The notes beneath the pieces are model-generated. The model searched no databases, was not told where the DNA came from, and saw nothing but the letters and a program-made list of their open reading frames with translations. A program made the translations under genes and the position numbers. Below, in pieces: positions 27,528 through 39,129 of a DNA stretch of 64,000 nucleotides. Location of the stretch: assembly GCA_964016885.1 (NCBI GenBank), contig OZ024742.1, positions 190,402,001 through 190,466,000 of the forward strand, read 5' to 3'. The DNA comes from Eledone cirrhosa. Lineage: Eukaryota. Within the stretch, counting starts at the first letter, position 1. Each line of letters starts with the position of its first letter.

Positions 27528-27630
27528 TCGAGGTTGACTTTGCCTTTCATCCTTACGGGGTCGATAAAATAAAGTACCAGTAATGCACTGGTTAATTGCT
27601 GGCCTTGTGCCTAAAGTAGAAACAATTATT
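27528..27630 (+). mobile_element. Meta-domain SINE, 3' half
   Basis: Meta core and tail. Confidence 0.85.
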
Positions 27631-27965
27631 TTATCATGTAACTGGTTTCACTCATTAGATTGTAGCCATTCTGGGCCTCAACATTGATTTAATGATAATT
27701 CCCCAAACCCCAATCATGGCATAACCATACTCGTCCTTTTCACTTAACATGTTGTAGTCTTGAAACTGTAAAACCGGTAACGTATTGTAAATAAATCTTC
27801 TTAAAGACACCAATTGCATTTCAGGAAAGTTAACCAGCAATCTTTAAAAATCTCCCCACCGAAGTTAACAAAGAACTTACTAAATCTACAAAACCAAATT
27901 GTAAAATTATGATGCTATAAAATTAAATTAAATTGTTTAGAGCAACAAGTGAAGCCATTCTTTTC

Positions 27966-28044
<79 letters not shown>

Positions 28045-28064
<20 letters not shown>

Positions 28065-28272
28065 AAAGGTAAACAGAAATAAAAACACAATCAGTACAGT
28101 ATGTGGAAGGAATATATTAGGTTAACGCTTGAAATAGCAGGAAGAGGGTCTTAATGTTTCAGACGCTAGTCCTTCAACAGAAGAAAGAATGAGAAATAAA
28201 TAGATTGAAGGGACGGGTGGGGTGGAATTCGAAAAAATGTCTTTAGATAAAAATAACAGGTCCATTCATGTT
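28045..28272 (-). mobile_element. PLE-like tail with degenerate HHR (28148-28184)
   Basis: CTGTTGA-aggac tagc gtct-GAAA-cat-TA; homologous to 57185-57404. Confidence 0.7.
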
Positions 28273-28310
28273 GACACACACACACATATATATATATATA
28301 TTTATGTCAG

Positions 28311-28837
28311 GTCACTCTTGAGTGCTACTGGTAACATGTAACCCAGTACAACCTGTCGCATTGTCGGATCGTTGGCGACTAAACCGGCAACCCCACCAAG
28401 TTTACTTGGTGAGGAGGGGGATTTGGGACACCCTGCAGGACAAAAAACTAAACCTGACAAACGGCGGAAGAACTCATAAAAGTCAACGGCCATCGAAAAG
28501 TGTGTAAATATGTATATACACATGTACCGTGCGGTTAAACCACTGGGAGTGAAGGACCCCTAGCCTTTGTCAGGGCATTCTTCTAGGAAAAGGCAACTCA
28601 GGAAACTGGGATAACTCCGATATATAATCTGCGGCTCAGTAGTTACCGATGATGTTGATCTTTTCTTCTTTTCGGGTTATAGCTACTGTCGCTCAGAAAG
28701 TGGGATTGTCTCAGTGCACAGTCTTTCCTCACTTTAAAATATATCTTCACGCACAGGCATTGCACGATAGAATTAATTAATAATTATTAATAATCATATA
28801 TCATGCAATGGCCATACTCGATAACGAGGGAGGCAGT

Positions 28838-28843
<6 letters not shown>
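28311..28843 (+). mobile_element. RTE-related non-autonomous (ORF-less) retroelement
   Basis: Reverse-complement homolog of 34192-34812. Motifs ctaggaaaaggcaactc and gtgcacagtctttcctcactttaaaa..cacgcacaggcattg resemble RTE/AviRTE 5' UTRs. Confidence 0.55.
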
Positions 28844-28902
<59 letters not shown>

Positions 28903-29059
28903 CATGTGCATATCTACGAAAGTGTGATGTCTTTAAAGATTTAGATGAAGACGCAATGCTAGAAATACATAGCTTGAAGTTAAGTGGAATTTTCATTTGT
29001 AATCACCCCTGTATAAATGTATGTATGTATGTATATATGTATGTATGTATGTATGTATG

Positions 29060-29290
29060 TTATCTCTTTCTCTTAATTTCGAGTATATTTTTTTGACCGG
29101 CCACCTTCCTGGTGGCAAGGTTGTAAAAGAAAAGAAATTGTCATCCCTTGAATCGCAAGAATGTTTTGCAAATGTTGAAGGTGCCAGCTATCGCAGCCAT
29201 TTGTAGACTATGAATTAGGGAGCTGCGCTCTTTGTCCGCAAATCCAAGTTCAGTCATACTTTGGTCCAAGCGGGTTGGTATATAACCCGT
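29060..29290 (-). pseudogene. 3' end of an RLE-type non-LTR element embedded in (TATG)n
   Basis: GYIPTRLDQSMTELGF..LIHSLQMAAIAGTFNICKTFLRFKG*, then an ~80-nt UTR; (TATG)n on both sides. Confidence 0.65.
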
Positions 29291-29369
29291 ATGTATGTAT
29301 GTATGTATGTATGTATGTATGTATGTATGTATGTATGTATGTATGTATGTATGTATGTATTTATGTATG

Positions 29370-30400
29370 TTCAGCCTCAGGCGTCTCACTGGAACTCTAA
29401 GGTACTGAGTAACTTGATCAGAGAACTTCTGTATGCAGATGATTGTGATCTCTTTGCAAACTTATGGATTCTTTTTCCAATACGCGCAGTGCTTTGGGAC
29501 TGAAAATCAATCTGAAGAAGACTGTCGTCATGTACCAACCTGCTCCAGATAGAGTTTTCAATGAACCTTCCATATAGGTATACGGTCAAAAGCTGAAGGT
29601 TGCTGGCATATTTGTGTATTTGGGGAGTACTCTGAGTGTGACCTGCTCTCTGGATGCAGAAGTTGGTCAGCGTGTTAGTAAAGCAAGTGAGTCTTTTGGA
29701 AGGCTCAGCGACAGTCTCTGGTGCAGGCGAGGAATCACAATGAAGAACAAGGCGAAAGTGTATGCTGCATGTGTACTGTCAGCATTGCTGTATGCGTGTG
29801 AGACATGGGTTGCCTACAAACGGCATATTAAAAGACTGGAACGATTTCACGATGTCTCAGAAAGATGCTCGGTATCAAGTGGCAGATGCATGTGAGTGAT
29901 GTTGAGGTCTTTAAGAGAAGTGAGTGTATGAGCATTGAAAGTATCATCCACCAACGACGTTTGCAATGAACCGGACACCTCTACAGAATGGAGGATGATC
30001 GAATCCCGAAACAACTTTTGTGTGGCGAGCTTTGTATAGGTAAGAGATCACCTCACAAACCAAAGCTCCGATTCAAGCATTGGGTAAAGGACTCATTGAA
30101 AAAAACAGGTTTGATGGTGGCTGACTGGGAGATAGAAGCTCTTGAAAGAGAAGCTTGGCGTGGAATGGTGAATGATGGGCTCCATAATGTTGAAGACAGA
30201 CGCATAGAGCACGAGAAGATCAAGCGGGGTGGGCGCAAGCAATACCATGGTGTATTTCTCAAAACGATCGGTGTCTCCGTTGAATTGGTGTGCCTTGAGT
30301 GTGGAAAGATTTGCTTGAGCAAATCTGGTCTCAGGAGCCACAGTTGCAGTCATGTTCAAAGAGAACCAGTGAACTATGATCTCCTCGGTATTGTGAAGGT
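29370..30400 (+). pseudogene. 5'-truncated RTE-clade (BovB/AviRTE-like) LINE RT C-terminus
   Basis: IRELLYADD, YLGSTLS, SKASESFGRL, LLYACETW, MEDDRIPKQLL.GEL, C2H2 CLECGKICLSKSGLRSH; frameshifts and a stop. Confidence 0.9.
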
Positions 30401-30405
30401 TTACA

Positions 30406-30451
<46 letters not shown>

Positions 30452-31260
30452 GCATGCGTGTATATGTGCCTATGAGATTTATAAGTTTTCCTTTACTTTA
30501 TTGAAGTTTATAAGTTTAATCACTAGAATGAAATATATCATTAATTAAGGAAGAAATAGTGTATATATATTATGACAAATGAATTAAATATAGTGCTGGA
30601 CATTGCTAAATTTTAAGATATTTCGTAAGTGTCGTAATATGATAAATTCATCTGAATATTTGTGTTGCTTGCTTTAAAGAATCCTGTCATTCCAAGGCTG
30701 CGGTGTAAAATATTTGATTATATTACCAACAGCAGACCATAATTATGAGGATGTATCTCAACTTATTATCAAGGATCAATAACTGTGAGTGGTGTATCAA
30801 CTGATCAAAGGCTGTTCTCACATTCACAAAGCTTTTGATGTGACAGTCACACTAGCGAGATGTATCGCTTCATTTTCACAACTTCGCATAGTTTCTGACC
30901 CAGAGAACATTATCTGCTCAGTTATACTTGCGTATATGGCGTAGTGTTAACGGGAATGTTACAACAGTATTCCATGTTGTCAAAAATATAAATGCATTCT
31001 CTTCTACTTCCATATGAGTGTTATCCTGCCATAGGAATAGCGATGAATGTTCATTCATATATTTATGTTTATTTAGATGTTTCTTTTCATACTAATGTAA
31101 TTCCCATTAGCAAGCAGATATTTCTGCAAGTCTGTTTGTCATTATATACATATTAACGCACACGTATTCGTTGAATCAGTGTTATAAAAATAATATTTTT
31201 AATATGGCGATATATTTTGATGAAAGCTTTTCGACCTCTATAATTTTCATGATCACAAAT

Positions 31261-31413
31261 GCAGGCATATTTGTGTAGTTAAGGTGTTTACTTCTCAACT
31301 ACATGGTCCCAGTTTCTGTCCCTTTGCATGACAACTTGGGAAAGTATCTTCTACTATAGTTCACCAATGCTTTGATAGTGAAATTTTCTATATGGGAACT
31401 CAATGGAAGCCTC
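31261..31413 (+). mobile_element. Old tRNA-derived SINE, third family (related copies ~43176-43345 + and ~42205-42296 -)
   Basis: gcaggc..tgtgtagttaag..cttgggaaagtatcttctactatag. Confidence 0.55.
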
Positions 31414-32044
31414 TCAGCTCTCTCTCATTCTTTCTTTCTGCATAAGTCTAATATGTAAAATTGTTTCTCTGAGTGATATCGTATCTGTATATTTTATCCA
31501 TTCATTGAGATGTCTAAGCAGTAGTGACAAATAACCTTTTAATTATTATTAACGATACCATTCATTGTAGAGTTGATTTAGACAGATTTTTGGCTGCTAT
31601 TTCTAGCGACATTATAAGCCCGTTGCATTGTCCTAATATATATAGAGAGACTTGATCATTTAGTATTTTAACAAAGCAATATCTTGGACAGTAGCGGTTT
31701 CGACAACAACATCTTATGTATAATTTATGATCATTACTACTCTTTTTCCAAAGAATACTCCCCTAAGGAAAAACGAATTCCATAGTAGATTATTCCATTG
31801 ATTTGAAATTACCACTACTGCTTCCTCCTTTTGCAACCATGGCAGGGTGACATTTATATGAGTAAAACTCTCTTATTTTAATCCGTCTGACTTACATTCT
31901 CCTAAATAAAGATGTTTGGCATAAGTATATGTTATACATAGACACACACGCACATATATATATATATAAACCGTCGGGAAAGGTGATTATTTAAATCGTT
32001 TTTTAATTTATTTAGAGAATTGTTTGATAATTGCTCGCTCCGCT

Positions 32045-32119
<75 letters not shown>

Positions 32120-32377
32120 GGAGGTGAGTTTTATTGTAGTACAATAAAGCAATGCAGATATCGGATAAGAAGCACTCTACAGTTTGTAGGACTGGAGTAT
32201 ACATAATATATAAGATCAAAAGATGGTTAAATGAGTTCCATGTATTTTATTATGCGCATTTCAAAAACAAATATCATCATGCAATAACATTTGTGTTTTC
32301 ATCAGATAAAATATGAGGACATGATATGAAGGTTAAAAACACTTGTGGATAGTGCAGTTTTAAATCAACATATCATA

Positions 32378-32409
<32 letters not shown>

Positions 32410-32867
32410 CATACACACACATATGTATATATATATACATACATACATACACACACACACATATGTATATATATACTCATACATACACCCAGTAGTATTT
32501 ATATGTATACATCATATCAATATTTGCGTAAGATTTGTTAGGCGAGGCGGCGGTGCAGATTGTTATTTATTCAGAATTAGTGAAACATAGGAAAACTATC
32601 TTGAAAGAACCAGCTACAAAAACCGAAAAACAAATCGGTAATTCCTCATAATCATTATATCATTTAATTAGTGCTAGATTTTTTTGGTGCGTTCTTCAAA
32701 ACATATTGTCTTCCTATTAACATAATTATCGCCACCAAAAAGATATACTTTTCTAAGTTTCTTTACAAAAACTCTATGTTATGTTTGTTATCTATGTTAT
32801 GAATAATAAAATAATAACGTATAGATATTCTGAAAATAAATAAATAATATATGTGTGTCTGTTTGTA

Positions 32868-33003
<136 letters not shown>

Positions 33004-33029
33004 AATATATATACATACATATATATATG

Positions 33030-33081
<52 letters not shown>

Positions 33082-33145
33082 CATATATATACACACATAT
33101 ATATATATACATATATATATATACATATATATATGTATATATATA

Positions 33146-33193
<48 letters not shown>

Positions 33194-33237
33194 TATACAC
33201 ACATATATATATACATATATATATATGTATATATATA

Positions 33238-33982
<745 letters not shown>

Positions 33983-34191
33983 ATATATATATAAACAGAG
34001 AAAGTGTGGTAAGAAACCAGGTGGACCATAACGCATCAGAGTACTCGACACTTGGGGTAGTAGGGTGGATAATATGAACAGATTCAGGACCCAGACTACT
34101 AACTCCTGCCGTTTCGACAGCTAGATCCGAACTAAAGCACCAGTATTCGAGCGGCGAGAATCATATATTTACACTGACACACACACATATA

Positions 34192-34812
34192 TGATGGCTG
34201 CTCCCTCGTTATCGAGTATGGCCATTGCACGATATACCATTATTAATAATTATTAATTAATTCTATCGTGCAATGCCTGTGCGTGAAGATATTTTTTAAA
34301 GTGAGGAAAGACTGTGCACTGAGCCAATCCCACTCTCTGAGCGACAGTAGCTATAACCCGAAAAGAAGAAAAGATCAACATCAGCGGTAACTACTGAGCC
34401 ACAGGTTTTATATCGCAGTTATGCCAGTTTCCTGAGTTGCCTTCTCCTAGAAGAATGCTCCGAGAAAGGTTAGGGGTCCTTCACTCCCAGTGGTTTAACC
34501 GCGCGATTGGGTGTCCAGCCCGACTATTTCTATGTCCCCGCGCATATACATACACATTCACCCACGCACATACACATATACTTATACATACATATGTACA
34601 TGTGTATATACATATTTACACACTTTGGGATGGCTGTTGACCCTTATGAGTTCTTCCGCCCTTTGTCAGGTTTTATTTTTTGTCCTGCAGGGTGTCCAAT
34701 CTCACCCTCCTCACCAAGTAAACTTGGTGGGTTTGCCGGTTTCGTCGCCGACGGCCCGACCATGCAACAGGCTGTACTGGGTTTCATGCTACCAGTAGCA
34801 CTCAAGAGTGAC
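34192..34812 (-). mobile_element. RTE-related non-autonomous element (second copy)
   Basis: Aligns with 28311-28843. It supplies the spurious N-terminus of the 413-aa ORF. Confidence 0.6.
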
Positions 34813-34857
34813 TCGACATATACATATACATACATACATACCCCCCCCCCCCCCCCT

Positions 34858-37110
34858 GAAAAACCGAAAATAATTAACATTTCAAATACAAACCTCTCAG
34901 CCCAACATGTAAAAATTCTCTCCAAAGGTCTGAAATTCACACCAACACCACAATACCCTAACCCCAACGAGATAAATGACGATATCTCACACTTCTGTAG
35001 AAAATTACGTCTCACAGAGGAATTCTTTGACAAGGAGAATAACGACGAATCAATTGTACGGAATAAAAGCAGCTACAACCCAACAAAAGGTAGAAACAGA
35101 GTTCTGGACAAATTTTGTGACCACATAGCTACCTTCCCATACCATGAACTACCGCAACCTAAACCCAAACCCAACACAAGTCGAAGGGAATGGGAGATTA
35201 TCCATGAACTAAAAAACAATACGGACATTGTAATTAAGGAAGCGGACAAGGGAAGTACTGTTGTCATTATGGAGGCTGAAAAATATAAAAATTCTATGTT
35301 CTCTCTCTTACAAAATGCTAATTACTATGAAAGAGTAAAAAACTACCAGCAATCAAAAATAATGACCAAATTAAACACACTGATTTATCGATACCAGGAA
35401 GACCTAACTAAAAATGAACGCGATTATTTAACAAATTTTGAATACAAAACCAGCAACCTTTACGGACTTCCGAAGATCCACAAATGTAAAATAATCAACG
35501 ATGCCTGTAAACAATCCACCTCTACCTGCGTGAACACACAATACCCCACAGACCTTAAATTAAGACCAATTTTAGCGGGCCCACAATGTGAAACACACAG
35601 ATTGAGCAACTTTATAGACATACTACTGAAACCAATACTGAAACACATACCAAGCCTTGTAAGAGACGATCTGGACCTCTTAAACCACCTCCCCAAACAT
35701 GTCAACAACGACACTATTATTGTGTCTTTCGATGTAGTGAATCTCTAGACAACGATCCCACACCAATACGGACTAGAAGCAATAGGATTCTGGCTAGAGA
35801 AATATCCCAATGAGATACCTGACAGAATAGAAAAAAGCTTCATCACCGAGGGATTAAAATTCATCCTACAGAACAACTTTTTTGATTTCGATGGCAATAC
35901 TTACAAGCAAATATCGGGGACTGCGATGGGCACAAAAGCCGCTCCAACTTATGCCAACTTAGTCATGGCATACTTAGAAGTCCAGATATATGAACAGTCC
36001 AAATCAAAATACGGATTGAACTTCCACAAATATTTATCAGAGAATTGGAAACGCTACTTGGATGATTGCCTCATTCTTTGGTCCCACACACTCGACCAAC
36101 TGAAGGATTTCAAAAACTTAATAAACGGCATCAATAACCACATCCAATTCACAATGGAATACAGCCAAGATCAACTCCCATTTCTGGACATCTTAATCAC
36201 AAAAAAAGACACAAATATCGAAACTGACATACACTACAAACCAACAGATTCCAAACAATATCTGCTATTCACCTCCAACCATCCAAAGCACACGAAGACG
36301 AACATTCCTTTTAACCTAGCAAGAAGAATTTGCACAATTGTCTCCAATTATGAAACGCGAAATAAAAGACTTCAAGAATTAAAGGAAATTCTACTTGAGA
36401 GAGAGTACCCACTATTACTAATAAATAATGGAATAGAAAGGGCTAAAGCAATAGGCATTGATGAATTACGGAAACAGAAACAAATTCAAGGTACGTCCAA
36501 TATTCTATCATATATCTCAACACACAACCCAAGAAATGCGGAAGCTTACAACACTATTCACAATAACATCCCACTACCAAAACAAACCCCAAGAATGAAA
36601 AAAGCCCTTGAAACACACAAAATAATCAAAAGCAAAAGACAACCAAAATCACTGAAAACATTACTCACCAATGCCAAATTACCTACCACAAACCCACAAC
36701 CAAGTATCAAAAAATGTGGTCGCTCTAATTGTGGAACCTGCACTCACCTCATTGAAGGCAACACGTATACATTTAAATCAGGACAAAATTTTACTGTAAA
36801 AAATCACTTCACTTGCTCATCAAAAAATCTAATTTATGCCATTAAATGTAAAGGATGCAATGAAGATTATATAGGACAAACTAAATTCACACTCAGAAAC
36901 AGAATGACAGTTCATCGCGAACAATTACGAGATCCAACCACGAGACAGATACCACTAAGTGCACATCTAGACATTTGCGCAAGTAATAAGACACCCAAAT
37001 TCCAAGTCTTCCCATTTTACCTTTGCGCTAACAATACAACAGAACAAATGCGAATAAATAAGGAAAATATGTTTATTCAAAAATATAGACCAACATTAAA
37101 TAAGGTTTAA
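34858..37110 (+). pseudogene. Penelope-like element ORF (RT + Zn linker + GIY-YIG), Naiad-like, one in-frame TAG at 35746
   Basis: IINIS..LSKGLKFTPTP, IKEADKGS, LYGLPKIHK + ~24-aa insert + RPIL, SFDVVNL*, GTAMGTKAAP, RYLDD, CGRSNCGTC, LIYAIKC..C.EDYIGQT. The 413-aa and 394-aa ORFs are in the same frame. Confidence 0.95.
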
Positions 37111-37619
37111 TATACATTATGTCAACACCACAATATGACATACACACACACACATAACACCTTCTACTTTAGAAAACAAAAACCCGAACTAAATAAACCT
37201 TAACATACGTTTGCACTGGCAATACAACAGCAAACACGAAAAAGTAAGGAAAATATGTTCATTCAAAAATATTCCTACTAAAGGAATCACTTTCCTACAC
37301 ACACACATACACACACACACAATATATATATATATATATATATTCTCTTCATCTTAACATGCTAACCATACTCCCACACACATAACACCCATACACACAC
37401 ATAACAACCCCCACACCTACAACTCCCTCCCCATTTCTACTAATAGAACCACTTTCCTACTCACATATATATATACACACACACAAAATATATATTCTCT
37501 CCATCTTAACATACTCGCACACACACACATAACACCCATATACACACACACACAACTCCCTCCCCCATCTCTACTAATAGAATCATCTTCCAATACACAC
37601 ACACACACACACACACACA

Positions 37620-37664
<45 letters not shown>

Positions 37665-38174
37665 GCACACAAATAAACATACATATCTTCAGTCTCAATA
37701 GAAAATCTGAACTCTGACACCCCGGCGAGCTGGCCATATTCACTGAACCAGAACATTTCTCCCAATCCCTTTTCTCTTGACCACTATCTCTCCATTGTCA
37801 TAACATTCACTATAAAGACTACAGAATAGTTTTCCAAATAAGGGCGCAAAAATGTAATAAAAACTTGTTCATGTGACAGCCAAATTTCATTTATTACCAA
37901 CCAAAAAAAAGCCTTCGTGAGCCTCCTTTTTTCAAGTAAAAAGAAATTCAAACACTCATATATGAAAAAACAACCTGTGACAACCCCCCACCCTCTCTTA
38001 TTTGAAGAACTATTGTAACGCGAACTGGCGCGAAATTTATTATAATTATTGATAAACCAATCAAATTACTTCTCGAAAAACCTGGAATTTCGAGCCACTT
38101 TTTCCATATAAAACAAGTAACATTCAGAGACCAACCAGATGTGAGAAAAACCACAGACCCTCCATCTCAACTCA

Positions 38175-38212
38175 CCTTTTGAAAAGCAGAAGAACTGCGA
38201 AACCGGTAAAGG
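38175..38212 (+). ncRNA. Minimal hammerhead with U3:A8 variant core
   Basis: cctt-TTGAAAA-gcag aagaa ctgc-GAAA-ccgg-TA-aagg, then AATAAA. Confidence 0.75.
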
Positions 38213-38343
38213 AACCAAATAAATATATATATTTAAAAAAAAAAAAAGACTTCAGTTGCATTTTCGATTTCATCTCTTTTTCTTTATACTTTCACTCGTG
38301 TAGGACACCTCGGTTATTTTTCATTTTGTAAAAAAAACCTCAC

Positions 38344-38386
<43 letters not shown>

Positions 38387-38393
38387 TATATAT

Positions 38394-39120
38394 ATATAAA
38401 TTAGCGAGAATCGCATTTCGGCTATTGGAAATTAGCGAAAAACAACTTCCGAGATGTGTGGCAAGCCCTCCATAGAAACGAGTCAACTAGAGCAACAACA
38501 TACGTTAAAAGGCCCAAAACACTGAGATGATGGTTAAACCATCATCCGCAAAGCCATAGAAACGACCAAGCTATTCGGGTCAAACAAATAATAAAATATG
38601 ATTGAAAATTATACCCGGACCCCCGGAAACGGTGGTAAAATCCAATATGGCGTTTCTGCAACTCCTCAATCAGGTACTGTCTGCTTAAACAAATAATGTT
38701 AAGCTTTTGGTATGATGATCGAACAAGGAAGTCACTTTTTCAACAGGCATTTAGTTCTATGCAAAGCTAAGGGACTGATCGTTATCTGAACCCACATGGG
38801 GGGTTAGAAGGAAGACAACCTCTAGTCTTGGCGGATGAATTCAGTATGTGTGGTTATTGCAAAATTGCAAAATATCACAAAACGAATTAAGCTCTCAACA
38901 GAATAGTTTTTAAAATTAACATAAGCTATTAATCAGTCAATAGAATTAACTAAAAAAATCAAAAACATTAACTGGTTAATAGCTAGACTCTGGAGATTAA
39001 TACAAAATATAAATTAGAGAGAATCGCATTTCGGCTATTGGAAATTAGCGAAAAACAACTTCCGAGATGTGTGGCAAGCGCTTTATAGAAACAAGTGAAC
39101 TAGAGCAACAATATACGTTT
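38394..39120. mobile_element. (TA)n-flanked ~612-bp unit with ~115-bp terminal direct repeat
   Basis: 38396-38507 is repeated at 39009-39119 with few mismatches; no ORF. Confidence 0.6.
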
Positions 39121-39129
39121 ATATATATA

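Larger units (their letters stand above)
34858..38350 (+). mobile_element. Near-full-length PLE with 1.2-kb AC-rich 3' UTR/pLTR ending in (TA)n
   Basis: ORF, HHR variant and AATAAA. The 3' terminus (ttctaa|tata) is shared with the copy at 57549-57740. Confidence 0.9.

Noticed and set aside
34507-34857. N-terminal 117 aa of the 413-aa ORF
   Set aside because: Chance read-through of an antisense RTE-related element and simple repeats. PLE homology starts at EKPKIINIS.
35746-35748. Selenocysteine or read-through recoding (some Naiads are selenoproteins)
   Set aside because: The stop is TAG at a conserved Tyr, not TGA at Cys, and I saw no convincing SECIS in the 3' UTR.
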